Below, piece after piece: positions 18,064 to 28,052 of a stretch of DNA of 47,078 bases. Every line of letters starts with the position of its first letter. Positions within the stretch are counted from its first letter, which is position 1. The stretch covers positions 1 to 47,078 of the forward strand of contig JAUYMZ010000454.1 of NCBI GenBank assembly GCA_030699355.1. The letters are read 5' to 3'. This DNA comes from Bacteroidota bacterium. GTDB taxonomy: Bacteria; Bacteroidota; Bacteroidia; UKL13-3. The position numbers were made by a program, and so were the translations under genes. The notes under the pieces were generated by a model. It saw only the letters and a list, made by a program, of their open reading frames with translations, did not search any database and was not told where the DNA came from.

Positions 18064-19416
18064 CTAAATTCTTGCGTGAAGTCTTACAGAAAATATATTA
18101 ACTGGTCCTTGTCTGTCAAGGTTGTACCCAGGGTTTACTAAAAACTGATAAGCTCCTGTTAAGTAAATTTGATTTTTTACTAATTCTGCTGAGTAGTATA
18201 GTTCAGTTAAATGTTCTAGGGAATAATTAAGATTTCCGTCACCAAGCATAAAACCTTTTCCGCCTGCTTTTAAATAGTCTCTATGCGGTTTGGAAATTCC
18301 AGAGGAAACATAAGCAATTCCAACGTTGTCATTCTCTCTTTTCCAGCGTTCTCCGGTCAATGATAGTCCGGCACTTATACTATGGTCTATTTCTGTAAAT
18401 GCCCAAGTTTCATTTTTTCCGTCATTCCAACTTGCTCTAAAAAAGCAACCTAATTCTTTAGTAATATTTTGTTCTGCATTAATGCCAAATCCAAACTTAG
18501 TATTACCGTACTTTCTTGTGTCTTCAATGATTGGATTTACAGGATTTAAAGCAATACTTTGTCTGTAATTGCCCATATTGGCGGTTGTATAGAAACCTAA
18601 TAATCTAATGGCTCCTTTTTGATTTTTCATTTTGTGCCGGTGGGTATATTCAATGGTTTGTGAGCTAGCTTTTGAAAAATCCCAGTTCATTTCGCTACCG
18701 TTTGCAGATAACGGCACTAGAGAAAAGCCGTATCGAAGTTCATGTTTAGGCGAAACATATTCTAAAACAATACTAGGAGTATAGCCGCGAGTGTTAGCTG
18801 GATAGTCCCACGCTCCATTGTCCATTAATGCCCAACTCATAAATTGAGTTCTTGGGTCGTGGTTGAATTTATTATCATCAAAATAATCTGCGGCACCAAT
18901 TTTACCAACTGTAATTGAGAAATATTTAACAGGTTCAATATTTGCGATTTGATTGAAGTCACTGTGGTTGTGAAAGAATTGAGTTTCTCTTGGTTTTGTT
19001 TTGTCGGTTAATGCAAATACTTGTTTGTAAAAAAGCCTCGCCAAATAAATTTGAGGAGCAGGGTCCCCGATTCTGAAAGTTTCTCCATTGGTTGCTGCGG
19101 CTATACCTAAGGCTTCACTAAGACCTGAACCACCAGCAATTTCTGGATTTATAAATACACTTGCTCCTTTCCACAGCCTTGCACCCATAAAAAATGTTGA
19201 AGTAATAGAGGTTTTGCTTTCTTGCCCAGGAATCAGACTGTTAGCACCTGTATAATTGGCTTTAAATGACGGCTTAAACTGATTAATAATCGTAGTCTGT
19301 GCGTGGATAGAAAATCTATCATTCGTAATACTATCTAACTTACTTTGACCGATACAAAGTTTATTTGCCAAAAAAAGATTCCACATTAGTACATATTTAA
19401 CTGTCTTTATCTCCAT
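18064..19416 (-). CDS. Outer-membrane porin, OprB (carbohydrate-selective porin)-like
   Basis: 450 aa. N-terminal region ...HAQTTIINQFKPSFKANYTGANSLIPGQESKTSITSTFFMGARLWKGASVFINPEIAGGSGLS... and beta-strand-rich remainder ending ...NIFSVRLHARI resemble OprB-type porins. Called from memory of the family pattern only. Confidence 0.5.
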   Translation of the reverse strand: MEIKTVKYVLMWNLFLANKLCIGQSKLDSITNDRFSIHAQTTIINQFKPSFKANYTGANSLIPGQESKTSITSTFFMGARLWKGASVFINPEIAGGSGLSEALGIAAATNGETFRIGDPAPQIYLARLFYKQVFALTDKTKPRETQFFHNHSDFNQIANIEPVKYFSITVGKIGAADYFDDNKFNHDPRTQFMSWALMDNGAWDYPANTRGYTPSIVLEYVSPKHELRYGFSLVPLSANGSEMNWDFSKASSQTIEYTHRHKMKNQKGAIRLLGFYTTANMGNYRQSIALNPVNPIIEDTRKYGNTKFGFGINAEQNITKELGCFFRASWNDGKNETWAFTEIDHSISAGLSLTGERWKRENDNVGIAYVSSGISKPHRDYLKAGGKGFMLGDGNLNYSLEHLTELYYSAELVKNQIYLTGAYQFLVNPGYNLDRQGPVNIFSVRLHARI

Positions 19417-19506
19417 TTTTATAATTATTATTTTATAAAATCAATATTCCAATGCCACTCATCATTCTCAATTCCCAATTATTCATTATCAATTCTCTCT
19501 TCTCAA

Positions 19507-20586
19507 TTAGTCATTCAATGCATCATAAATCAATAGCTGATTATTAGTAATCACTTTTTCGCCATCTTGAAGTCCTGATATTACAAAGGTTTTATCGCCG
19601 ACTTGTCTGAATACTTCCACTTGTCGAGTTTCTATGTTGTTTCGGTCTTTAAAAATCATCACATAACTTTTGCTCTTGTCAAAAATTACAGCTTCGGAAG
19701 GAATGGCTGTCATTTGCCTGCTCTCGTTGTAAGAAAGTTTTATAGTGGCTCTCATTTCGGGTTTTAGTAAAAATCCTTCATTGTTTAATTTAATCCTCAC
19801 TTTCATTGCCTTGGTTTCAGGGTCGATAATGTTGAAGATTTTATCTACTTTTCCATAAAACTTTTTGTCAGGATAGCTCAGTGTTGTTACCGCTGCATCT
19901 ATACCTAATTTTACTTGATTGATATCACTTTCATTAACATTGGCTATTGCCCATACATCGTCTATTTGTGCGATATCAAATATGTTGTCAGATTTATCGC
20001 TTCTGAGTAACATATCTTGGTTGATATTTTTTTGAATGACAAAACCACTCAAAGGTGAACGAACTTCAAATGTAGCACCTCCATTAATGTTATATATCTT
20101 ATAGGTTTCTTGTATTCGGTGCAGTTGCGATTGTGCTTTATCTAATTGGCTTTTGGCTTCTATTACATCCCTTTCGGCACTTAACTTGCCTTCAAATAAT
20201 TCCTGTGCTACTTTTACATTATTCCTTGCCACAATTACATCGTTTTTGGCATCATCCAATTCTTTTTCAAAACTCGCTACTTCTGTACTTCTTATGGTAG
20301 CCAATAATTGTCCTTTGGTTACATAGTCACCCAGTTCTACATATACTTTGGTAACGTTCCCACCTACAATAGGAAACACTTCTATCATTTTGTTGTTGTC
20401 GGCTGTTATTTTACCGTAAAAATTTAACTCATTTAGTAAACCTACCGTTGTTGTAGTAGAAGTTTTTGTGGTAGAAAGCATTTTGTCGCTCAACACAAAT
20501 GTTTGTTTGAGCTCTTCCTTTTTATTTTCGTTTTTGCAAGACGCTAAAAATGCTACTGAAAATATAATTGCGATTGCCGTTCTCAT
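19507..20586 (-). CDS. czcB: Efflux RND periplasmic adaptor (CzcB/HlyD family) lipoprotein
   Basis: Lipobox (FLASCK). Biotinyl-lipoyl-like segment VGGNVTKVYVELGDYVTKGQLLATI, a coiled-coil hairpin, then beta-barrel segments. It starts 3 nt after the TolC-like gene. Confidence 0.85.
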   Translation of the reverse strand: MRTAIAIIFSVAFLASCKNENKKEELKQTFVLSDKMLSTTKTSTTTTVGLLNELNFYGKITADNNKMIEVFPIVGGNVTKVYVELGDYVTKGQLLATIRSTEVASFEKELDDAKNDVIVARNNVKVAQELFEGKLSAERDVIEAKSQLDKAQSQLHRIQETYKIYNINGGATFEVRSPLSGFVIQKNINQDMLLRSDKSDNIFDIAQIDDVWAIANVNESDINQVKLGIDAAVTTLSYPDKKFYGKVDKIFNIIDPETKAMKVRIKLNNEGFLLKPEMRATIKLSYNESRQMTAIPSEAVIFDKSKSYVMIFKDRNNIETRQVEVFRQVGDKTFVISGLQDGEKVITNNQLLIYDALND

Positions 20587-20589
20587 TTT

Positions 20590-21843
20590 TTAGAAAATTT
20601 CTTTATTGGTAATAAAATTTAAATTGATACCCGATAGGATTAATGTTTTTTTAATTTCATTAATTTGGATTGAGGATTGGTTGTAGCTTTCCATAAAATC
20701 TGTAAACTCCAACATTGTTATATTTCTTTTTTGAAAATTCAATAGCATTCCTGTGTACACTTCTTCCAAATTGCTTGTTGTAGATTTATCAATATTTTGA
20801 AATTGATTTACCTGTTGTTGCCACAATTGCCAATAGGTTTCTACTTTGGTTTGTAATTCCAATTTTTTATAGTCTTTATTTAAATTGGTTTGTTGTAATT
20901 GAGCTTCGGCTATTTTAATATTTCCCTTGTTCCTATTCCATAATGGCAAGGGTATACCTACCGTAATATTGACTTGATTTTGAAATGCTCCTCCTCGTTG
21001 GTCATAAGAAAGACCTGTTGTAATATCGGGCGTAGCTAACGATTTTTGCCATTTTAAAAACTGTGCTTGACTTTCTGCTACTTTAATAGTAGTTAAGTAG
21101 TCAAGATTACTTTCCAATGCAGTGGTTAAAATAGTTTCTTTTGAAATAAGCTTTGCTTGAAAACTTTGAATTAAATCAGGTTCATTTACTATAGGTGCAA
21201 TGGTTTCAGTAATCCCTGTAAGCAGTGATAAGTTTTGTTGCGACTCTATAATATCTTTTAGTAGATTGTTTTTTTCGTTTTTTAAATTCAAAACCAAGGA
21301 TTGTAAACGCACAACTTCTCTTAGTGGAATATTACCTTTATTGGCTTGAATACTATAATTATTGACCAAAGTATCTAAAATAGAAATTTGAGCAACAAGA
21401 GATTTTACTTTTTGCTGGTCAAAATATACACTGTAAAATGTTTGATTTAATTGGTATTTCAAATTTCGGAGCAATTGCTCAAACTCCAACTCGGCAATAG
21501 CCACATTGCTTTTTGCAAAGTCGATTTCGTTTTTCTTTTTACCACCTAAATAGATAAGTTGTTGTATGGCAAGTCCTTTTTGACCTCTTCCACCTATATC
21601 AAAAACTCGATTGTCTTGTGGATTTATAGCATTGAATTCACCTGATAAATAGGGCTGTTCCCATATTTTAGCTTGAATGACGGCTGCCTGCGAAGCTGAA
21701 ATATTATACTGCTCGGCAACCAATTGAAGATTGTTTTTTTGAAGTTGCTCTTCTGCTTCTTTTAAAGTTAATAGCTTTTGGCTAAAACAATTAAGCGAAA
21801 ACAAAGACAAGAAAAGGAATATGATATGTCGCATCTTTAACAC
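20590..21843 (-). CDS. czcC: TolC-family outer-membrane efflux protein (CzcC-like)
   Basis: 417 aa with a signal peptide and a duplicated TolC/OEP repeat pattern (LTLKEAEEQLQKNNLQL..., ...AEAQLQQTNLNKDY...). First structural gene of the efflux operon. Confidence 0.85.
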   Translation of the reverse strand: MLKMRHIIFLFLSLFSLNCFSQKLLTLKEAEEQLQKNNLQLVAEQYNISASQAAVIQAKIWEQPYLSGEFNAINPQDNRVFDIGGRGQKGLAIQQLIYLGGKKKNEIDFAKSNVAIAELEFEQLLRNLKYQLNQTFYSVYFDQQKVKSLVAQISILDTLVNNYSIQANKGNIPLREVVRLQSLVLNLKNEKNNLLKDIIESQQNLSLLTGITETIAPIVNEPDLIQSFQAKLISKETILTTALESNLDYLTTIKVAESQAQFLKWQKSLATPDITTGLSYDQRGGAFQNQVNITVGIPLPLWNRNKGNIKIAEAQLQQTNLNKDYKKLELQTKVETYWQLWQQQVNQFQNIDKSTTSNLEEVYTGMLLNFQKRNITMLEFTDFMESYNQSSIQINEIKKTLILSGINLNFITNKEIF

Positions 21844-21923
21844 TATTCATTATTTGAAAGTGTAATATTGAGAAGTTTACCTTTAGGCAACCTTAATATT
21901 TGGCTTAAAAATACCTTAAAGGA

Positions 21924-23273
21924 TTATTTTTTAGGAAATTTTAAAATAAATGTATTGGCAGGGTTAGCAAAATATTGAATACTTGCTTTTTGTTGACTTA
22001 AAATTCGTTTTACTATACGCAAGCCTAAACCTAAACCTGATTTACCTATTGCATTTGCACCTCTCATAAATGGTTCAAAAATGTTTTTTTGTTCATCACT
22101 GGTTAGGTTTTGTCCATTATTTGAAATAGAAACAAGCAGATAGCCAATTGAATCCTTTATTTCAACTTTGGCAATCTTGTTGTCAGAATACAAATAACAG
22201 TTTTTAAATAAATTCTCAAATGCAATGTTTAGGAGTTCATTGTGACCAATAATTTCCATATTATCTACTGTTTCATCAATCTCAAAATCCATTTGAAAAT
22301 CTGCAAAAAGTTTATTGGTTTTTTTAGCGGCATCAAATACTATTTCATCTAAATGGCATTGCTCAGTTGAAAAGGTAGAACTGTTGTCTAATTTAGAAAG
22401 CAAGAGCAGGGAGTTAGTCAAATCGGCAAGTTGTACAGCATCATTTAATAGTAATTTGTGAAATGAATAATCAATTTTTTGTTTTTTATCTTCAATAATT
22501 TTGTTTTCGATTTGAGCAATGAGTCGTGAAATAGGTGTACGCAATTCGTGGGAGGCGTTGTCTGCAAATTCCTTCTGTTTGGAATACGATTGGTTAATTC
22601 GCTCCAACATTTGGTTAAATTCAACAGCCAGTAGGTCTATTTCATTTTTCTTTTCATTAACATAAATGCGAATGTCTAAATTCTTTTCAGTAATTTCCTT
22701 TATTTTACTGTGAAATTCATCTAATGGTCGCAATAATCTCCTAACAAACCGATAGGTAAAAATCCAAGTCAATACTATAAATATCAAATAGGTAAAAATT
22801 AATATATTCATTAAATAAATCAACTTCCTTTTACCATAATTGTCGTGGGCAGAAACAAGAGCAAAATAACCTTTTTGCTTGGTATTATAATAAAAACCAT
22901 ACACTTCATTATTATTTTCTTTTCTAAAAAAGGTTTGATTTGCTTTTAGTTCATTTAAATCTTCAATGCTCCAATTGATTTTGGTATCATCCAAACTACT
23001 ATAAATTAAATTATAGTTAATATCAAAAATGAGTGTTTTTTCATTGTACAATTTATTTAGGCTATTTTGGTCAATTATTTTAAGCAATTGCCTATCTACT
23101 TGTTCTACTTCTACCAATAATTTAATAGAAGAAATGGCTTTTTCTTTCAATCGGCTTTCAAATTCATCTTTTCTAAAATCGGCAAAAAGAAAATATATAA
23201 TAGCTGCCGAAATACCAAAAACCGCAGTAAAAAGTAGAGATATATTGAATGCTATTTTGTTTTTTAAATTCAT
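21924..23273 (-). CDS. Sensor histidine kinase (two TM segments, HAMP, HisKA, HATPase_c)
   Basis: H-box ADNASHELRTPISRL and G-boxes GLGLGLRIVKRI. Its start overlaps the response-regulator stop by 4 nt (23270-23273). Confidence 0.9.
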   Translation of the reverse strand: MNLKNKIAFNISLLFTAVFGISAAIIYFLFADFRKDEFESRLKEKAISSIKLLVEVEQVDRQLLKIIDQNSLNKLYNEKTLIFDINYNLIYSSLDDTKINWSIEDLNELKANQTFFRKENNNEVYGFYYNTKQKGYFALVSAHDNYGKRKLIYLMNILIFTYLIFIVLTWIFTYRFVRRLLRPLDEFHSKIKEITEKNLDIRIYVNEKKNEIDLLAVEFNQMLERINQSYSKQKEFADNASHELRTPISRLIAQIENKIIEDKKQKIDYSFHKLLLNDAVQLADLTNSLLLLSKLDNSSTFSTEQCHLDEIVFDAAKKTNKLFADFQMDFEIDETVDNMEIIGHNELLNIAFENLFKNCYLYSDNKIAKVEIKDSIGYLLVSISNNGQNLTSDEQKNIFEPFMRGANAIGKSGLGLGLRIVKRILSQQKASIQYFANPANTFILKFPKK

Positions 23274-23956
23274 AGCGTTTCATCTTTTAAGTAATACCCG
23301 TAACCTACTTTTGTATGTATGAGCTTATTTACAACATCTTTGTCAATTTTATTTCTCAAAAAATTAATATAAACCTCAATCGTGTTTTGATTAGTTTCAA
23401 TATGATAATCCCAGAGTTCATCGGCAATTTGATTTTTAGACAAAACACGCCCATTGGCCCTAGCCAAAAGTGCGAGCAATTTAAATTCTTTAGGGCTAAG
23501 TTTTATTTCACCACCACCTCGTATCACTTCTTTATTGTCAAAGTTGATTATTAAATCGGCAACTTGATAAACATTTTCAACGTGTTGTGGCTTTTCCTTT
23601 CGTCTTAATAAGGCTTTAATTCTCAACAAAAACTCCTCAAAAAAAAAGGGTTTTACCAAATAATCGTCTGCCCCGTTCTTAAATGCAGTTATCTTATTTT
23701 CTATTTCGCCATAAGCCGTGAGCATCAATATAGGAGTGTTTTTATTGTCATTTCTAATCTGTTTACAAACCTCAATTCCATTCATTCCAGGCACATTAAT
23801 GTCGAGTATCACGCAATCATAATGTTTCAATTTCAGTTGACTTTTTACAAGTCCTCCATCGTAAACACAATCACAAACAAAATGATTGCCCATCAAAAAA
23901 TTTACAATTTCTTTTGAGAGTATTGGGTCGTCTTCAAGTAAAAGAATGGTATTCAT
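23270..23956 (-). CDS. OmpR/PhoB-family response regulator (receiver plus winged-helix DNA-binding domain)
   Basis: LLLEDDP..., phospho-acceptor context VILDINVPGMNG, and K in YLVKPF. C-terminal Trans_reg_C segment (LSPKEFKLLALLARANGRVLSKNQI...VGYGYYL). Confidence 0.9.
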   Translation of the reverse strand: MNTILLLEDDPILSKEIVNFLMGNHFVCDCVYDGGLVKSQLKLKHYDCVILDINVPGMNGIEVCKQIRNDNKNTPILMLTAYGEIENKITAFKNGADDYLVKPFFFEEFLLRIKALLRRKEKPQHVENVYQVADLIINFDNKEVIRGGGEIKLSPKEFKLLALLARANGRVLSKNQIADELWDYHIETNQNTIEVYINFLRNKIDKDVVNKLIHTKVGYGYYLKDETL

Positions 23957-24310
23957 TGTATTAGTCTCAGGGTTTGTTTATGGTTGTGGGGCTTGCAGTT
24001 CGGTAACTCATGCAGATTATTCCGTCTTTGTCCCTCAAGAATCATACTTCCAAGTTTTCTCGCATAAAACTCAAGCAATCTAAAGTCTAAGTAAATAGAT
24101 CAGCAAAATACGAAAAAAATTATGAATAATAATGTTTAGATATCTTTCGATTTTCAAAATAATTGTTCTAACTTGGGTTAAAAGGGTTTAATGGTATAGT
24201 TACTTACTTTGGAAAATCCGAGTTTTAAGGCTTTCAATACATCACCAACACTTTTGGTGCTATTGATACTGGAAATAGGTAAGAGCAGATTTTGGCAGAT
24301 GCCCCCGCTC

Positions 24311-24958
24311 TCAATAACAATAACCACATGCTTTTTTATTCATGGTTGCGGCAGTTTCTATGCTTACTTGTTTAATGCCTTGGGTGCAGCGAGATAATCC
24401 GCTACACATTTTTTTGTGGTAGGTTTTAGAGCCAGTACTATTGCAAACATATACGTGGCCAGCCATTAGCCCTACTAAGGGTACCAAACTGCCTCTTTTT
24501 CTATAAACCCAAGGTGCCATTGGATTGGGTAAACTCCAAATATGTATGCGTTTGGCCCTAGCTTCTAGCTCTAATTTTGCGAGGCTTTTATCTGTGCTGT
24601 ATTTGGTATAATGCCAAGCCAAACCTTGGGCAACCAAGGTATAATTTAAGTTGGCACCATTTACACTTACATTGGCAATGTTTCTGCCATATTTATCTTT
24701 GTTTAGTAGGGTGGCTTCTACTGTTTGTGTGCCGCAAAAGCTTTGGGTAAATTCTTTGGCTTTCTTGCCAAAATCTTGCCCCTTTTCTGGACAATCAATG
24801 CCATTTAACCTAATTTTATATTGGGTTTTATTTTGGCTCATGAGCGTAAAGGAATCGCCATCGTCTATATGAATTAAAATACCCCGTATAAGCTCGTTCT
24901 GACTCTTTGCCATAAAAGGTGAAAACAAGCATAGTAAGACACAGATAGGTTTTAACAT
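24311..24958 (-). CDS. Secreted staphylococcal-nuclease (thermonuclease/SNase)-like nuclease with a Cys/His-rich C-terminal tail
   Basis: SNase motifs GDSFTL..., KIRLNGIDCPEKGQDFGKKAKEF, DKYGRNIANV and LVAQGLAWHY. I prefer the start at M21 of the track ORF (ATG ending at 24958), which gives the signal peptide MLKPICVLLCLFSPFMAKSQ. The track ORF extends to 25018. Tail: VYVCNSTGSKTYHKKMCSGLSRC...KKACGYCY. Confidence 0.8.
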   Translation of the reverse strand: MLKPICVLLCLFSPFMAKSQNELIRGILIHIDDGDSFTLMSQNKTQYKIRLNGIDCPEKGQDFGKKAKEFTQSFCGTQTVEATLLNKDKYGRNIANVSVNGANLNYTLVAQGLAWHYTKYSTDKSLAKLELEARAKRIHIWSLPNPMAPWVYRKRGSLVPLVGLMAGHVYVCNSTGSKTYHKKMCSGLSRCTQGIKQVSIETAATMNKKACGYCY

Positions 24959-25017
24959 ATTATGGACTTTGCTCCAATGCCCCTTGCCCAAGTAAATAAT
25001 GGATACTGCTTTCTGCA

Positions 25018-25677
25018 CTATCCCTCCATGGCTTTATAAATAAACTGAGTAAGCGGCGCCATGGTATTAAAATGGCGGCTTATGTTTGCCAAGAATTGTG
25101 GATGAACCAAATCTTTATCACTCAGTTTGTGTTCAACAATAAAACTTTTGTGTTTAAGGTAATCTATCATAGGATTGCTTGCTTCATACCCTTTGGGAGG
25201 CCTTTGCAGGCTTTCGCCGCTTAATTTGCCAAAGGTGTTTTGAAACGTTTTGTGTTCAACAATGGCTAAAAATTCGGCTGCATTATAATCTATTTCTTGC
25301 CTAATGGCTGCTAATTTGGGAGGCATGGGCATATACGAACCGCCAGCCACAAAGCTTGCCCCTGGCTGCACATGGAGGTAATAGCCACAAAAGTCGTCTT
25401 TTTTTCCGCCCTTACTTAGGCTCAAACCGAAATTAGTTTTGTAAGGGTCTTTGTTTTTGCTGAACCTAATGTCGCGATTAATTCTAAAGATGCATTGTTT
25501 GGGTTCAAGCAAGGCTATTTCTTTGTCAAATTTACCCACTTCTGCTATGGCTAAGGCTGCAAATTGAATCCACTCTTTGCGCAAACTTTCATAGGTTTTT
25601 CGGTTGTCATCAAACCATTCTTTGCTATTGTTTTCTGATAATTCTTGAAGAAAAGAAAGTAATAATTTAAAGTTCAT
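25018..25677 (-). CDS. DUF2461 (TIGR02453) family protein
   Basis: Family-typical FLQELSENNSKEWFDDNRKTYE... and ...FRINRDIRFSKNKDPYKTNF.... Confidence 0.75.
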   Translation of the reverse strand: MNFKLLLSFLQELSENNSKEWFDDNRKTYESLRKEWIQFAALAIAEVGKFDKEIALLEPKQCIFRINRDIRFSKNKDPYKTNFGLSLSKGGKKDDFCGYYLHVQPGASFVAGGSYMPMPPKLAAIRQEIDYNAAEFLAIVEHKTFQNTFGKLSGESLQRPPKGYEASNPMIDYLKHKSFIVEHKLSDKDLVHPQFLANISRHFNTMAPLTQFIYKAMEG

Positions 25678-25688
25678 AGTACGTATTT

Positions 25689-27614
25689 TTAAACAGCGCC
25701 TTTAATGATATCATCTACTACAGCGGGGTCTAATAAAGTAGAAGTATCGCCAATATTTGCCGTTTCGCCTTCGGCAATTTTACGCAAAATTCTGCGCATA
25801 ATTTTGCCACTTCTGGTTTTGGGCAAACCTGTTACAAATTGTATTTTATCTGGTTTGGCAATGGCGCCAATAATGCGCGATACGGTTTGTAAAATATCTT
25901 GTTTGGTTAAACTTTCCTCGTGGTGCGAACCTTCAAAAATTACATAAGCGTATATTCCCTGTCCTTTTATATCGTGCGGGTAGCCAACCACCGCACTTTC
26001 TACCACACCACTGTGCATATTAATGGCATTTTCTACTTCAGCCGTTCCAATTCTGTGTCCGCTTACGTTTAATACATCATCTACCCTGCCCGTAATGCGG
26101 TAATTTCCCTCTTCATCTCTAAGGCAACCATCGCCGGTAAAGTACATGTTTGGATAGGCTGTAAAATAATTGGTTCTACAACGCTCATGGTCGCCATAAG
26201 TGGTTCTAATTACACTTGGCCAAGCTTGTTTAATGCATAGGTTTCCGCTCACGCCATTGCCTACTAGTTCTTTGCCATTTTCATCTACCAACACAGGCAA
26301 AACACCTGGCAAGGGTAGGGTAGCATGGGCAGGTTTTTGCGGGGTAACACCTGCTAAATTTGAAATCATAATACCACCCGTTTCTGTTTGCCACCAAGTA
26401 TCTACAATGGGGCATTTACCTTTTCCAATATTCTGGCTGAACCAATGCCACGCTTCTTCATTAATTGGTTCACCCACGGAACCCAAAACTTTGAGTGAAC
26501 TAAGGTCTTTATTTTTTACATAGTCTAATCCAAAACCCATTAAGCTTCTGATAGCAGTTGGCGCCGTATATAAAATGTTTACCTGGTGTTTGTCTACAAT
26601 TTCCCAGAACCTGCCAGCATCTGGCCAAGTAGGAATTCCTTCGAACATAAGGGAAGTAGCACCTGCGCTAAGTGGGCCGTATAAGATGTAACTATGACCA
26701 GTAATCCAGCCAATATCTGCGGTACAAAAGTGCACCATGCCTTTTTGGTATTGAAATACATTTAAAAAAGTATAATTTGCCCAAAGCATATAGCCTGCAA
26801 TGCTATGCACAACCCCTTTGGGTTTACCGGTAGAGCCAGATGTATAGAGGATAAATAGCGGGTCTTCTGCGTTCATAGGTTCAGCCGGAAAAGAAACCAC
26901 TCCATTTTTCTCTACTTGATGTTCGGCATGTTCCATTTCGTCTTCCCACCAAACATCTCTCCCTTTAAGCATAGAAACTGGGGTTCTGGTGCGGGTATAC
27001 ACCACTACCTTTTTTACTAATTTGTTTCCAATAAGGGCATCATCAATAAGGCTTTTTAGCGGAATATTTTTATTGCCTCTTTCGGCGCCATCGCAGGTAA
27101 TTATAAATGCTGCTTGGGCATCTTCTAATCTATCTGCAATGCTTTGGGCAGAGAATCCGCCAAAAACAACCGAGTGTATGGCGCCAATTCTGGCACAACC
27201 TAAAACGGCATAGGCAAGTTCTGGCACCATGCCCATATAAATACAAACCCTATCGCCTTTTTTTACACCTAAATTGGTGAGCATTTGGGCTACTTGGCAA
27301 ACCCTTTTATGCAGCCTATTATAGGTTACAATGCGGGTACGTTCTTCGGGGTTATTGGGTTCCCAAATAATAGCAGCTTCCTCGCCACGGGTGGCTAAAT
27401 GCCTATCAATACAGTTTTCTGTAATGTTTAATTGTGCGCCTGCAAACCATTCTATTTTGGGTTCAGTAAAATTCCAATTTAAAACACTGTCCCACTTTTT
27501 TTTCCAAACAAAGTTTTCGGCAATCTCTGCCCAAAAAGCTTCCGGATTTTCAATGCTTTTTTGATATACCTCGTGGTATTGTGCTAAGGTTTTAATTTGG
27601 TATGGGTACGTCAT
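25689..27614 (-). CDS. acs: Acetyl-CoA synthetase (acetate--CoA ligase, AMP-forming)
   Basis: 641 aa. AMP-binding signature YTSGSTGKPKG, WWQTETGG, YFTGDG...RDEEGNYRITGRVDDVLNVSGHRIGTAEVE, and the C-terminal PKTRSGKIMRRILRKIA acetylation-site motif. Confidence 0.95.
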   Translation of the reverse strand: MTYPYQIKTLAQYHEVYQKSIENPEAFWAEIAENFVWKKKWDSVLNWNFTEPKIEWFAGAQLNITENCIDRHLATRGEEAAIIWEPNNPEERTRIVTYNRLHKRVCQVAQMLTNLGVKKGDRVCIYMGMVPELAYAVLGCARIGAIHSVVFGGFSAQSIADRLEDAQAAFIITCDGAERGNKNIPLKSLIDDALIGNKLVKKVVVYTRTRTPVSMLKGRDVWWEDEMEHAEHQVEKNGVVSFPAEPMNAEDPLFILYTSGSTGKPKGVVHSIAGYMLWANYTFLNVFQYQKGMVHFCTADIGWITGHSYILYGPLSAGATSLMFEGIPTWPDAGRFWEIVDKHQVNILYTAPTAIRSLMGFGLDYVKNKDLSSLKVLGSVGEPINEEAWHWFSQNIGKGKCPIVDTWWQTETGGIMISNLAGVTPQKPAHATLPLPGVLPVLVDENGKELVGNGVSGNLCIKQAWPSVIRTTYGDHERCRTNYFTAYPNMYFTGDGCLRDEEGNYRITGRVDDVLNVSGHRIGTAEVENAINMHSGVVESAVVGYPHDIKGQGIYAYVIFEGSHHEESLTKQDILQTVSRIIGAIAKPDKIQFVTGLPKTRSGKIMRRILRKIAEGETANIGDTSTLLDPAVVDDIIKGAV

Positions 27615-28052
27615 ACATAAATAGTTAAAAAAATGAATTACGAATGTAATAAATTCATTTAAATAAGGAGGCTGGAAATTCTAAACTCATTAAACTGAAA
27701 TTAATATAAGTAGCATTTTGTTGAATAGAATAAAGCTGTTAAGTTTTTGAAGGGTAGGCATAAAAGCTGTATTTTCTTGAATTTTACTTTAAAAAAATGG
27801 CATTATTTTCGTTTTAAAATATTGAAAATTAATTTATTATGTGTTTTTAATTCAATTAATATTTTTTATAAATCGAATAAAAACAATCCATTATCAATTC
27901 ATAAAAATTATCACAATAATTGACAGGCAGTTTTTTTCTAGTCACGTAATTTATTATATGAAATTAAAAATTGGAACAAAAGAGTGTAGTTAAACAAACT
28001 TATATAATTAAATAATACTGAACCAAAATAAATAAAAAAAAACCCAATAATT

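Noticed and set aside
24209-24397. A 62-aa plus-strand ORF in and next to the 3' end of the nuclease gene.
   Set aside because: It overlaps the nuclease coding region on the opposite strand. Its sequence is hydrophobic and low-complexity with no recognisable motif or start context.
24959-25018. A 20-codon N-terminal extension of the nuclease ORF (MQKAVSIIYLGKGHWSKVHN) that overlaps the DUF2461 stop.
   Set aside because: The internal Met gives a canonical signal peptide straight away. The extension would bury it, so the shorter start is more plausible. This is not proven.
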